Shown piece by piece: positions 1-14,170 of a stretch of DNA of 64,000 nt. Numbering within the stretch: position 1 is the stretch's first letter; each line of letters begins with the position of its first letter. The notes beneath the pieces are model-generated. The model saw only the letters and a list, made by a program, of their open reading frames with translations, did not search any database and had not been told where the DNA came from. The DNA is from Tubiluchus corallicola (lineage: Eukaryota > Animalia > Priapulida), in the NCBI GenBank assembly GCA_030141605.1, contig JAQGDQ010000447.1, positions 124,001 through 188,000 on the forward strand, given 5' to 3'. Both the position numbers and the translations under genes were made by a program.

Positions 1-459
1 TTCTAGGTTTACAAGAATTTATCAATAACAGGTGAAATGCACCGTAACAAGGTAACAAAACTATATCCATCTAAATTAATAAGACACTAGTGATCTATAT
101 AACAGTACTTTAATTATGTATGTTTAGAGCGTCTGCTATTTATCGCCTTGGTGTGCGGGATATGCCGTAGCTAATGGTTATCAATGCACGATGGTAATAA
201 ATGACACTTCATTATAGTAACTTCATTACGGTGATTCTAATCACTAGGCTACGATGATTCTAGTCTATTTCTGCCTTGTTTAAAACGCATAATTCTGGCA
301 CTTAAAGACATTCTAGCATATAGAAGCAAAGCGGCAGTTGTTGTACTGACTTGACGAAATAAACAATGATTTTTATGTATAATCAAATTAGGAGTTCTAG
401 ACTAAGTTATCAACAATGGATCACTGCACTTAAGCAAACTGTGGTTTTTATTTTTGTAG

Positions 460-492
460 CTTATGTCAGAGTTTCAGCCTCAGTGAACATAC
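460..492 (+). CDS. Candidate small upstream exon of gene A (xYVRVSASVNI-P)
   Basis: tttttgtag acceptor and gtaagt donor. The 33-nt phase 1-1 exon splices in frame to 1510, giving ...VNIPRTCSHL. Start exon not identified. Confidence 0.45.
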
Positions 493-1509
493 GTAAGTAT
501 ATGAACATATAGAAAGTAAAAATAATTGTAATTGAAAGCCTTTTTTAGGATAAACATCTATCACGTAACGATTTGACACGAAAAGAAAAAGTTGAAAATT
601 TTCACTATTTTGCACGTAAAAATTTTGTGCACCCGTAGTAATTGTTGGATGAGTATTATAGTTATGTTTGGATGTTGCCTAGCATACTTGGGTGTGTGTG
701 TATGCGTGTGTGCGTGCAAGCGTTTGTGTTAATTATACGATACCATCGCTGCCTATTGCTAACTTATTTACTAAATGAACTGCTTCGGAATTAATAGATT
801 TTTGTGTTTTGTTTCTCTCGGAAGGCTCGTAGGGAAAACCAGAAAACACTTCGTCAAATTAAACTAGTTTATTAAGCGAGAATTCTACAACACAAAAGTA
901 TGAAGGAACGCTGTTACACGCTACAATAATATTAAGCAACCAGACAAATGCGTGCTTAATAAAGTAATATTTTTAAACTAACTAGGAACTTAAACAAAGA
1001 AGGTCAGAGCATCATGACAGTCTAGAATGCAGAACACTGCAAAGCTCTTTGATCTATACCCCAAGATCTTTGATCTACACAAACCATATCTATGGTATTG
1101 TTACAAACGCGAAATGATTACACTAAACGTGAAAATCTGGAAATCGTTTGAGTGTATCTGAAAATGTAAGTATACAAGAGACTGTGTAAGTGGCGTCCGT
1201 GTGAATCCGTGTGTCTGTCTCAGCGGCCTGCTTCGCCTTACATAGCGCGCCCGAGAAGCTTCCAGAAGTTTTGTTCCAGAACATTCTACACGGTAAGACG
1301 ATTATTCTAACGGAACATTCTACGATGTTCTATTTAATTCTAATAGATGCCAGCGATCTCCACAACACTGATGCAATCAAATACCTGGTAGTATTTCATA
1401 CCATTCTCATGAACTACTAATACGTAGCACAACTAGCGGTGTTAATTATTTTCTTGGAAATTAATCATTGGTGGCTGAAAATGCACGCCATTTTTACTAA
1501 TTATTTCAG

Positions 1510-1670
1510 CACGCACTTGCTCACATTTGTTTGAAAATGGGACGACCACTTCTGGCAATTATATGATTGATCCTGATGGAGACGGAGGAGAGGAACCTGT
1601 CCAAGTTTATTGTGACTTAAACAATGGTTATACATTCGTCAATCACTCCTTATCAGGCATTCCAACAACG
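1510..1670 (+). CDS. Gene A exon: N-terminal part of a Caspr/neurexin-IV-like fibrinogen-related domain
   Basis: ttatttcag/gtattt boundaries, 161 nt, phase 1-0. Encodes RTCSHLFENGTTTSGNYMIDPDGDGGEEPVQVYCDL, matching the SGxYxIDPDG..PxxVYCD motif. Confidence 0.85.
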
Positions 1671-1736
1671 GTATTTACTTACCAATAATATTGATTATAG
1701 GCAATTATTGATTAGTGATTCAGTAATAATGCAGGT

Positions 1737-2245
1737 GACTACGGCTAAATCACGTTGAAGTTAAGCAATGTAGAGCCTGGTTAGTACTTGGATGGGTGAC
1801 CGCCTAGGAATACCAGGTGCTGTAGGCTTGCGAGATGCCCACATTGTATCTCGACACTAGGCGGAGGAGCTGCACAAGGCAGCAAACGGCTAGAGGGCGG
1901 AGGAGGTCAAGTGACCCAACGGCCATTTGTAGAGGAGTAAACCTTCCAAATCAGTAGTGGAGCCCCAAAGGCGGACCAGTGCAGCATGCTCACTGACTCC
2001 TGCAGCCAACCTGGTGCCAAACGTATCGCCCAGCTTTCCTTTGGACTACACCAGGGAGGAAGAGAGGGGTTCCTGTTGTCTGGGCAACTCAGGATCTCCA
2101 TACACCTTGCCCAGGCGTGCACCCTGGAGACGTTCAAGGATCGGACTGCTCAGCCACAGTCGACGCTGCAGCTCCATCAATGTGATCAATAACTGACTCT
2201 CTTGGCGCACACTCCACTGTCTTCCGAGACAGAAAAATGCCAACC
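1737..2245 (+). mobile_element. 5S rRNA-derived SINE (SINE3-type) with RTE-like 3' tail, copy with both ends
   Basis: The head 1737-1829 is 5S-like (gactacggc...gttaagcaatgt..gttagtacttggatgggtgaccgcctaggaataccaggtgctgtaggctt) with an internal deletion. The body is shared with two other copies. TSD aataatg(c/a)aggt at 1725-1736 and 2246-2257. Confidence 0.9.
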
Positions 2246-2562
2246 AATAATGAAGGTGTTCTTTGAGTGATGTAGTTGATTATAGATTGTAGACATATTG
2301 TTGACATAAATGTTGTTTACATTTAGTTTTGCTCTGTTTTGCCAGGCTTGCTGAATTAATATAAGTCCCGTTGAAACTATGACACTGACAAAAGTTGACT
2401 AATGACTTTAGTTTAAACAATGAGAGCAAAACAGTTATAACTTTTGCAACTTCAAACCTCGTCCTAACATCCCAACTGCATCTTTCTACAGTACCGTGGT
2501 TAATGGCAAGAGACGACCATAAGTCATATCAAAGTAATAATAATGAATGTATTTTCTTGAAG

Positions 2563-2703
2563 GTACATGGATGTGCAGAACCTGGCTGTTTGAAATGGGA
2601 TGTGGAGTACGATGTCCCAATGTCACAAATCAATGCTTTAACAATGTTCTCTGCTCTGTGTTGGCAAGACATGGAATATCGCTGTCTTGGTTCCAGAATT
2701 GCA
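2563..2703 (+). CDS. Gene A exon (fibrinogen-related domain, middle)
   Basis: ttcttgaag/gtaatt boundaries, 141 nt, phase 0-0. VHGCAEPGC..VEYDVPMSQINALTMFSALCWQDMEYRCLGSRI resembles the Caspr QLxAL..SxxCxQxxxYxC pattern. Confidence 0.85.
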
Positions 2704-2767
2704 GTAATTTTTATATACATTTTGCATCTAGATTCTAGAAAATCTTGATTAAATGTAGTATTTTATA

Positions 2768-3243
<476 letters not shown>

Positions 3244-3450
3244 CTTTTTCTGAAAGTAGGCTTTTTGGATGAACGATTAACACAAGCTCCAAAGAGCTTT
3301 TGGGCCGTCTGTAAATAACCTACAACTACGTAATGAGGCCATTATTACCCCACTTTTACCTAAATACCTCGCGCTAGACAAGGCAACAGCAGGTACCATT
3401 TTTAAAGTTTTTCGTATGACTAGTCGCAGTATCGAACTCACGACTCTGAC
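3244..3450 (-). mobile_element. tRNA-derived SINE remnant (Meta-domain-like body)
   Basis: Minus strand has B-box-like gagttcgata followed by gtcatacgaaaaactttaaaaatggtacctgctg, and ends in an (ATT)n tail. Confidence 0.6.
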
Positions 3451-4003
3451 GTTTCTTGGTGCACGTCGGTTATTTTCGCAATTAGCATTACAACCAACTT
3501 AGTGTCCATTACAGCAGTCAATCTTATTTTTTAAACGATTACCACATTTTCTATTCAGTTTCGTGCACGTCTAGTTTAAATCTAGTATTCAATGACAAGT
3601 TCTATTAAATATAACGTGTGGCGGAACCGGTATCTTAGTGGTTTTCAAAGATATCCTTGCGACAATCATTAACTCAACAAATATTTTTGCTTATATCTGG
3701 AGGTGCATCATACACAGGGTTCCGGAAAAGCCGGAAGCAGTACGATCAATGGAACCGGGCTAGAATGGCTATGCCAGCAGTTTTCTTGATACTCATCCAT
3801 TGCGTAGCCAGACTTAGTTATGTTTAACTTCATAGCTGGGATCACTCGCCATGACCACCCAGCTATTCGCCTAATTTAACAAACTATTGAGACTTTTAAA
3901 CTGTTGAATTGTTGTTGCTGTCATCATCACCATAATCTTCTGATATGTTGATAACTGCTGTCCAGTCTAATGGATATTAAAGTTTTCTTGTATTTTGTTT
4001 CAG

Positions 4004-4268
4004 GATAAAAAGACAGGAGAGCTGTTTGCCTGGTACGTCAATGAGAAAAGACCCAAATCGCAAAGATCATGGATCAGCGAAAGCACAGGTAGTGCAACCG
4101 AATGTCAGACAGGCGATTTAAATCTTGGATGGGAAACCATATACATGCAGCGGCCCATAAAACCTATCAGAACCAAGAAGTATATTCCGGCAACTCAGCT
4201 GTACTTTGGGGATGCGGATGGCGAGAAATCTGGAGAATTCCTTCTCGGAAGTTTAATTTGCACCGGAG
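4004..4268 (+). CDS. Gene A exon (fibrinogen-related domain, C-terminal part)
   Basis: tttgtttcag/gtattt boundaries, 265 nt, phase 0-1. Ends IPATQLYFGDADGEKSGEFLLGSLICTG, like the Caspr LPVxQLxxGD...LGPLxCxG end. Confidence 0.85.
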
Positions 4269-5416
4269 GTATTTCTTTTAACTCCTTCAGTTAACTCTTT
4301 CTTTTGCTTCATTTTACTTGAGATCATGAAAAAACTGGTCTCATTAAGCAGCGATTACGTTATATTTGATTACTTTTGTTGTGTATTTGTACTCCTCACA
4401 CAATGGTTTTTCTTGCGAAGTTATATATGAAATGCATTTGTTTACCTTAGACAAATTAAAAATTGATTTTTGATGAAAAATTTGAAAAAAATGTTTCAGT
4501 AACTGCAGTGTTTGCACTGTAACAATGTACAGTATCACTCGTGTGAAATCAGCTAATGCAAAACATTTCAACTATTCAGGCACAACACTCTAATACCCTT
4601 TGGCCTCAAGTCTGCGCCATTTTTTAAGGAAAAATTCCCGTTAAAAGATGAAACGACCTTAATTTCTTATTGGCTGATCGGTTGGCTTTTACTGGAACTC
4701 CTACAGTAGACAGTTCTCTTTGGTTACAGCAACTAGCCGATCAATAAAATAGTGTGTACGATCACGCAAGTGTACACCAGACTAAGCTATTCAAGTTGGA
4801 GTGCCTGAAAAGGGCATGTTTTTCTTAATTTTATCAAATTAAGTCACTTATAAATACTTAAAACAAATAACATTGGATAGCCGAGATTCTCCTAAATAGA
4901 ACAATACCTAATTTGTAATTATTTCTTTACGTCTGTTCTTGTACAGTAGCAGAAAAGTTATAGGTCTTATATGACTTATTTTGAATGTTGCGATCAACAA
5001 TGTCTTTATATAACCAGGCTTGAGATATCTTTCTAAGCGAACTCTGTACTTTATTATTGCCTTACAATATTAGAATTTATAATCTGTCAACAAATGAACT
5101 CGTTTATCTGCTTCCTCATGACAATCAACATTTATATAATTTTATAACTGTTAAAATTCAAATATTTAAGTTTTAAATTTATGTTTTTACCAAGCGTTCC
5201 TAACCATTGCATTAGTTTACATTGTTTACAATGTAATTTTAAAATTCATTCTCAAGCTTATGTTACGTATGTATCTTTGCTGTTTGCAGTCATAGTGTAA
5301 TGCTTGTACTTTTCACAGTTATCGTCTGCACTCTTCTAAGTGTTACACGTTTCATTGGCAAGAACATTTGTCGGTTGCAAAACTGTCTTGTTCTAGCCAT
5401 ATAGTAATACATGCAT

Positions 5417-5769
<353 letters not shown>

Positions 5770-5971
5770 TATACATACATATAGTAATACATGCTATTTA
5801 ATGAAACATTGTTTAAACTAAATCTGCAATGTGTAATGTTGCCTTCAAGTCTTGCACACCTAAAATTCAAAATCATATGTGTTCTTGCGTAGCAAAAACC
5901 TCCATAATTAGTCGGCAGTTAAACTTTAATAGTTATAGTAAAAATAATTCATTGTATAGTGGATAGTGCGT

Positions 5972-6320
5972 TGTATTGGTTGTGTGTAGCTGATTATTGG
6001 TGCTTTAGAAATGGCAAAGCTATGAAGAGTGTGATTATAAAACGACACGTTTATTAAACATCGAACACAATAAATATAACAGATAGCAATTCCAAGCCCC
6101 CTGATCTAGCGGCTCTCTACGCTCCGGCTCCCAGACTCAGTTTAATTCTAATTCCCTGAGCTGGACGCATCGCACGCCTTATATATCGTGCGCGGAGCCC
6201 CGGTACCTCTATTCTGAACGTGACACCACTCTTTAACTGGCTTCATACCAGCATTCATCAACACAATTATCTATCGTAATCTAATGCTTTTAACATAATT
6301 TAACAGGTTCTCTTTACTGT
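5972..6320 (-). mobile_element. Dispersed repeat with an LTR-like core; other copies at ~23044-23220 and ~56010-56353 (+)
   Basis: Reverse complement matches the 56010-56353 and 23044-23220 segments. The core runs TGTCACG...TATATAA...AATAAA...ACA. Confidence 0.55.
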
Positions 6321-6898
6321 TCTTCACATATCCTAAATCTCCATTTCTTGAGAATCCGTTTGAAACCAAGTTCATTGTGTCTATGCTATGTCTAGATAAG
6401 TCTACTGACATAATAATCCAGGTTGAAGGAGAGGTGCAGGCTACACAATGAAAAAACACAACCTTGAGAAAATCACTGTTGGCGCGACCGCTCAAATGTT
6501 GATTGCACATTAAGTTATGTTTAAATCCAGTAGGTGGCTCTTTCAGACGAAGATCTGCCTTTTCAACAGAAAAAAACTGGAAGCAAAATGACTGCTTCAA
6601 CGAGGTACTATCTGAGTTTGAAAATACAAGTTTTTTACAATTGCAGCACTAATTTTTAGCCAGAGAAGTGGGGGTTATAAAATGAATTTTTTAGTATTTT
6701 TTGAACATTTTTTCTGATGATTTGCTGCATGAATATGAAAGTCTAATATATTTAGTGCTTGCTTTTATAAAAAACAAAAAAAATGACATTCGACCCAATT
6801 TTTGGTGCTTAATTCCTTCCTTCCATCATAACCTAGTTTTACCCATGCCGACTTTTGGTTGGTTTTGTTTTGCAAGCAACCTAACATTACCTGATCAT

Positions 6899-7318
6899 TA
6901 GGGGTGAGCATTCTCTACCAGAAAGCGAATTCAAATCGAACCGAATTTGTGACTTTCGAATTCGAATCGAACTGAACCTCAGTGTTTCGAATTCGAACCG
7001 AATTCGAATTCAGATTGAAAGATTTTCGAACAAGTTTTCGAGCCACCATTAAAAATTAGTCTTACAAAGATCATGCATATCAATAGATTTTGTTCTGCAA
7101 TAAGACGACTAGTAATTCTTTAAAATTGTGCGCAGAAATCACAGCTAAATTATGCTAATTGCGTGATGTTTCAATCGGTTTAGTGATAAAGAACATGTGT
7201 GATTGAAGTGCTGAATTATTGAATCTATAGTTTTGGATTCGAATCGAGTTCGAACTGAAAAAAACTCGTTCGAATTCGATTCGAACGTTCGAACTCGAAC
7301 GTTCGATGCTCACCCCTA
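6899..7318 (+). mobile_element. Non-autonomous hAT-type element (family C)
   Basis: TIRs taggggtgagcat/atgctcaccccta, perfect 8-bp TSD ctgatcat, TTCGAA-rich subterminal repeats. Confidence 0.9.
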
Positions 7319-7372
7319 CTGATCATAACATTTACCTGAACTACATTAATAAATAGTCTGGTTTGTTTTCAG

Positions 7373-7650
7373 CTAATCTTTTACATGGGGTGAAAGCTAC
7401 AATCATGGAAACAATTATACAAATAAACACGGACGACGTTTCTACGAGTAATCTCACTGATGGTGATGAAAATACCTGCACGTATCTACCAGAGAACCGC
7501 CTTGGTGACCACGCCCTGCCTCACCTGTTTTTCATTGCTTTTACTCTGCCGAGAGCAGTAGATAAATTTCACGTAGGAATTGCCACGAAAGACATGGGAG
7601 ATGACTGCGGAAATAATGGAGGAAAATGTGGAGGAATATCTCTCCTACAG
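7373..7650 (+). CDS. Gene A exon (start of a galactose-binding-like domain)
   Basis: ttgttttcag/gtaata boundaries, 278 nt, phase 1-0, compatible with neighbouring exons. Contains NLTDGDENTC. Confidence 0.75.
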
Positions 7651-7651
7651 G

Positions 7652-8171
<520 letters not shown>

Positions 8172-8650
8172 CACTTTATTTTACAAACTCGAGTAGAATT
8201 AACAAATCACAAATTTAAATAAATAACGCTTACCGGAAAACATCCCTACGAATCCAGGGCTCTTTTTAAGGGAAGTTAATTAAAAAATACCATAATTTAT
8301 AACAAACACATCTACATGAATATCGCAGTGCTGATTTAGTCTTTCCAAAATTTATTCATACCTCTTAATTTAGAATCACGTATAATTGAAATTTTATGCA
8401 CATAGTTAACCAACAATTTCTTAACTTCCACTTCTCCACTTTTGTTTAAATAAATAAACTTAACGATATCACACATGGAGGGGGAATTCTGGAAAAATAT
8501 CTGATATCTGATTAAGAACGCAGTCCTTTCTTGACAATAAACATTGCATTGCATACTAAAGTGAAATTTATCTACCGTGATCCCATCCTTACGTAAAGTA
8601 TATATTCTTATATCAAGAGGTGTTTTAGGTTTGGTATATCGAATAAGAGT
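8172..8650 (-). mobile_element. LINE 3' end, RTE-X-like, degenerate
   Basis: Minus strand reads RYTKPKTPLDIRIY...DKFHFSMQCNVYCQER (GRY..P...R.C..C..DEFHF..C..Y...R pattern), then AATAAA and an (ATT)n tail. Confidence 0.6.
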
Positions 8651-9685
8651 TATCGATTAAACGATTCCTCTGATTGTGTGTTTTTTGCTGAAATGCGATT
8701 GTTTCGCCGATCAACAAAGCATCAATGTTCACTGGATTTTTACGAATTGTGAAACAGATATTTAGTTTAAACATAATTTATTTAGGATTGGATCAGACAG
8801 TTTGTACAACATGATTTAAGATCCTCACCACAACAGACTTTATACACTATTTACAAGAACATTTACAGTAAGAATAGACTATTCTTAGTTTTTAGTATAC
8901 TTTAGTATACTAAAGTTTTACTACAGTGATACATTAGACATTAATAGCAAATGACGGTTAGTAAATATTAATGTACGAATATTTAAGACTGATGCATTTT
9001 ATATCAGATAGAAACTACTGGAAGCGTTTAGTACGTAATATAAAGTCATGTATACATTGGAATATTTTACAGTTAGCAACATAGTTAAATTCATCTTTAC
9101 CGAATAATAACAACTTCAACAGATCATTAGTTCCTAAGAAATTTCCGTGTAGTTCCTTCAGTATAATGCGTGACTAACGACAGCAGGATGATGTACTAAT
9201 ACACTAATTTAAACCAATGACCTTCATGGTCTTTCGAAGGACACTTTAGTCATTGTGGGATATTAGTGGTTTGGGACTATCGCATAAATCGTCACTCGCT
9301 AAACCGTCTGACATCATAATTATGGCCATCTCATTAGCTCGTGTTTATGAGTTCACTATGACCTCATGATTATAATGCTTCTATGACGTCATGCATATGA
9401 ATAGATTATGAACTCAGTCTGACATCATGAGTTTGGCTGCCATATGACCTCATGCGTATGAGCCCAATATGACGTCATTATGTTCTCGTGATTATGACCT
9501 CATACTTATGAGTACTCTATGACATTATGATGACATCAGAGCTTCGTCATTTTCATGATCTCATGCTTATGAGTCTAACATGAGCATTTTGTGACCACAT
9601 GTTGAGCTCATGTCTTGACTGGGTAGACAAGTTATCAATCTTCTGGTAGAGATACCGACAACAGCAGGGCGATGCTTACGATATC

Positions 9686-9757
9686 TTAAGCCTAATCCTA
9701 ATCCTAATCTTAATCCTAATCCTAACGTAATTGCTTGTGTGGGGGAGAATTGTAAAC
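9686..9757 (-). mobile_element. Fragment of telomere-like-repeat MITE (family E)
   Basis: (CCTAAT)n followed by tgtgggggagaattgtaaac, the same terminus as the copies at 27045 and 36867. Confidence 0.55.
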
Positions 9758-9906
9758 TTTAGCCGTAATTTTTAAGCCATGTTTTGTGTAAATCTAATAT
9801 CATACTAATAAATAGAAAAGGCATCTACATGTTTCCTGTACAGTGAGAGGCGACCTCTACCATGGTGTAAAGTGAACTAACTGGTACTTTTTTGTCTACA
9901 TAACAG

Positions 9907-10164
9907 ATACCAGAAGACTGCCCAGTAATGAACAGTAACGATCCATTTGTTGCCCTCAAGAATACAAGAGCTTGTGTGCCTTATAGCACTTTTGACATGC
10001 CAAAAGATTCGCGCTATTGCCAGTTTGAGTGCACTTTTGTCTCATCATCACCATGTCAGTACTTTTACTTAACACTGGCAGGAGCTTGGACAGGTGAAAA
10101 ACGCAAACAAATATGTGAGGTAGGTAATGGTGTGCAAACAATTTTTTTTTTTTTTGTGGAATAA
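9907..10164 (+). CDS. Gene A last or penultimate exon (Cys-rich, ICEV motif)
   Basis: taacag acceptor, phase 0; IPEDCP...YCQFEC...PCQYFYLTL...QICEV. Either reads to TAA at 10164 (overlapping AATAAA) or splices at 10119 to a candidate exon at 13380-13427 (VFAWEMMIETSTLFN*). Confidence 0.72.
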   Translation: MPEDCPVMNSNDPFVALKNTRACVPYSTFDMPKDSRYCQFECTFVSSSPCQYFYLTLAGAWTGEKRKQICEVGNGVQTIFFFFVE

Positions 10165-10182
10165 AGAATGTGTCTTTTTTTG

Positions 10183-10324
<142 letters not shown>

Positions 10325-10608
10325 ATTGTAAGTAATTGTGTATAAGCAGATGCGCGTGTTATACAAGAATTGCAAACTTGCTACATAGGAACACGTAGTC
10401 ATGCGTATAAATTGTCCTCAAATACCAGTAAAATCCACACTAAGTTTCGTTTATTAACAATCAGTATACAAATCAGTAACAACAGTATACAAACATGTTT
10501 AATATTAGCCTATATCGATTCGATTTTTTTACTTTTCAAGAACGGTAGTGAACGAGTTAAAAAAAGACAAAAATTCGGATTTCCGTGATAAGTAATCTAG
10601 CTTGTCGC

Positions 10609-10832
10609 CTAGAATTCACAAATATACGGAAATTTTACTGTATCACACGAGAAGTCATTCCACGTGTTCCTATTTGCCCGCAAGATGGCGCAGCTTTCGC
10701 CATCGCCGTAATTATCTGGTTGGCCATCTGCTACATCCCAAGAAGTAAAAAGGGCAGGTCGACCTGTTGCAAACCACCTCCAGTCACCCTCCTCGTGTAT
10801 GTCGGTTAAACCAATCCACAAATGCTCACCAG
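10609..10832 (-). CDS. C-type lectin domain, terminal exon (galactose-type QPD/WND; perlucin-like)
   Basis: Acceptor ttttaataaag, phase 1. Encodes GEHLWIGLTDIHEEGDWRW...WDVADGQPDNYGDGESCAIL...WNDFSCDTVKFPYICEF*. Confidence 0.9.
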
Positions 10833-10988
10833 CTTTATTAAAAACAAAATATAATTAATATTAAATTTGGTTATTTACCATTATATTTTCATTTAATGTA
10901 ACAATTATTTAACTTTTATACATTCCACAGCAATTATAACGTACTTTACCACTCCTGTTTATACATATGTACCTTACTGTTTATAAAC

Positions 10989-11084
<96 letters not shown>

Positions 11085-11211
11085 AGATTTAACTACAAAC
11101 ATAAGTTCATAATATAAATATATAAATTTATAATATATATTATATATTATATTATTATATTATTATTATTATATTATTATATATATAATATATAAATTTA
11201 TATATATAAAT

Positions 11212-11308
<97 letters not shown>

Positions 11309-11660
11309 AGTACACATACAGTAATGCAAGCCAAGCAAGCCATTTGCTAACAAAATTAGCAATATGCACCTCACACAGTTGTTGCTGTTGCTGTTGCTGT
11401 TGCTACTGTTGTTGTTGCTGTTGTTGTTGTTGCTGCTGTTGCGGTTGCTGCTGTTGTTGTTGTTGCTTGCTGTTGCTGTTGCTACTGTTGTTGTTGCAGC
11501 TGTTGCTGTTGCTACTGTTGTTGCTGCTGCTGTTGTTGTTACTGTTGTTGTTGCTGTTGTTGCTGCTTTTGCCGTTGCTACTGTTGTCATTACTGTTGTT
11601 GTTGCTGTTGTTGTTGCTGCTGTTGTTGCTGCTGCTGTTGTTGCGCTGCTGCTGCCCTGT
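10989..11660. repeat. (GA)n tracts, an AT-rich tract and a (GTT/GCT)n microsatellite
   Basis: Directly visible. Confidence 0.93.
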
Positions 11661-11950
11661 TGGTATTGTTGTTCTTGTAGGAGATTACGTTTTTAAAAAG
11701 GCCGTCTTAATAATCTTTCTCACGACTATCAATTAAAAAATTTACTAGCGTTGTACCACCATTGTGCAAAGCTAGTTCTGACGTTTTTTAAAGTTAATTT
11801 TTCGTGCCGGGAGCCAGTAATTTATAAGATGGACACCTAAGTAAGTCCTAAGAAAATTGTATGGCAGGTTAAGATCATTTGACATTTTGTCATTATTCTA
11901 TATAATTTTTATATAAACCTAAATATTTTAAAAGGATTTCGAATGTAGAC

Positions 11951-12321
11951 AATAAGCCTTTTCACAGTTTCGTTGTGCGCACGCGCAGTTGCTGCACTAC
12001 AGTAATGTCGCTCTAATTACAACCATCACGTGACATGAGTGCAGAGCAAAGTCGTTTGCCGCCTCAGTTCAGTAACTTTAGTAGTATTGCATAGACATTA
12101 CTTAAGAATACATTAGTCTGTGCATAGAGTGATTTACTAGCAGGATCTTGCTTGGAAACAAAAAATGAACTAAGGTTCTAGCTAGCTGTTAAAACTGTTG
12201 CTATTACGACAGCATGGGCTACGAGGCATTATCAAGTGTACACAAATGCGTTGTCTGGTACACTTAACCTTTGACCTTTTCACGATCATTGTTAATCACT
12301 GAAACTGTGGAAAGGCTTATT
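11951..12321 (+). mobile_element. MITE family B (TIR aataagccttttcacag)
   Basis: Terminal inverted repeats and about 8 related copies in the window. Ends can be read as AT|AAG...CTT|AT, an ISL2EU-like AT duplication (unconfirmed). Confidence 0.88.
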
Positions 12322-12374
12322 GAAGGTTATGAAACTCAAAGCTTGAATAGTTGTGGGTGGAAAAACAATGTACT

Positions 12375-12530
12375 TTAACAATGTATTAATTATGCTGTTA
12401 ACAATGTATTAACAATGTATTAATTATTCTGTTAACAATGTATTAACAATGTATTAATTATGCTGTTAACAATGTATTAACAATATAATAATTATGCTAT
12501 TAACAATGTATTATTTATGCTGTTAACAAT
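12375..12530. repeat. Short tandem repeat built from ttaacaatgta/ttaattatgctg
   Basis: Directly visible. Confidence 0.8.
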
Positions 12531-12765
12531 ATGAGAAGACAAAGACAGCAGAACCTTCAGTCAGCTAATTTTTACTCTGATAGTCTGAAATTGAATAAAA
12601 GTAGAATATCTGAATAGAAATCCAAGCACGCAATAACGCAAATTATAAATAATAACATTACACTTCTACAGGCAATGAAGCAACAGAATTAATCGTGTGT
12701 GACAGTGTAATTATTAATTAATCTAAATATTTCAATAAAAATAGCAGCTGTAATTATGTTCAAGA

Positions 12766-13021
<256 letters not shown>

Positions 13022-14170
13022 TACCTTGTAAACATACCTTACAAAACACACAAACCAGCTCTTGTACGTTTTGCAAGCTCCATTAAAAACGTTCCTTAAA
13101 AGCTTAAATGATAAACGTCTCAACTTGTATGCGAAAAACAAGAAAAAATGCAAGAAAACAAAAGAGAAATGCGACAATAAGCGCCTATAATTGTTTGTAG
13201 AACAACAATTTTTTCACATCTGATTAAACTGTAACAGTGAAATTATTTTGTATGTCCAGCTCTCAACGAATTTTTAGTAGTTCTAAACGATTTTATCTCA
13301 CTGGCGTGAACGTACACGCTTATTTTTAAAGAATGTCACGTATAACAAAGATATTATTGTTGTTTTTATACTTTTCTAGGTTTTTGCATGGGAAATGATG
13401 ATAGAAACATCGACATTGTTTAATTAAGGACGTAAAATATACGAGATGGCGTTTCTGGAGGCTTGTTTGGGTTTTATGGAGACAAACAAAGTCATCATTT
13501 TTTGCTTAGCATAATAGATTATTGTTTGTATACCATCATCACGTCACGTGCCCCTTAGTCATTTACTTCTTATCTGACACTGAGACGCCATTACACAAAA
13601 TTATACATTTTATATCGTTGGCATTAAATCGTGAGTTACACAGAAACACGTCATCACTTGAACACATTTAAACTTGGATGACCGGAAATTGACCAGGTCG
13701 CAAATATTGAAGCCAGATGTCGCAACTTGTAGCTGTAAAACGCTATATTAAATTTAGCAAACAAAAATCCTTGACAAGGCTCTAAACTAGAAATTAGTGT
13801 TACACAATTTAAATCTTATTTTTAATTTTTGATGTGTTGTAATAGTGATGATATTTGGTATTCTTTAAAACTACTAACATTAGAGGTTTAACTAATACAA
13901 GAAGTTTCAATATTTTTAAATAATTTGATGTTTTTCGCTTTACAACGATAAGCTAAAATGCTATAACCTGGCTTCACTTGGTCTTGTTTTGTTTTTCTGC
14001 TGGAAGCCATGTTTGTTGTGGTAGCGTTTGCAAAAAAAAAAACAAAATAAAACTGGTGAAATAAAAATTTAAAGAATTTGTTTAGTTTATACAATTTAAT
14101 AAAGCTGACATGCTCAGCTATGCAGTTATAATAATCCTACTTTTACTCACAAGAGAATTAAGTGGCTTTG

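Noticed and set aside
1737-1829. Functional 5S rRNA gene
   Set aside because: Internally deleted, lacks a T-run terminator, and is fused to a repeated body inside a TSD, so it is a SINE head.
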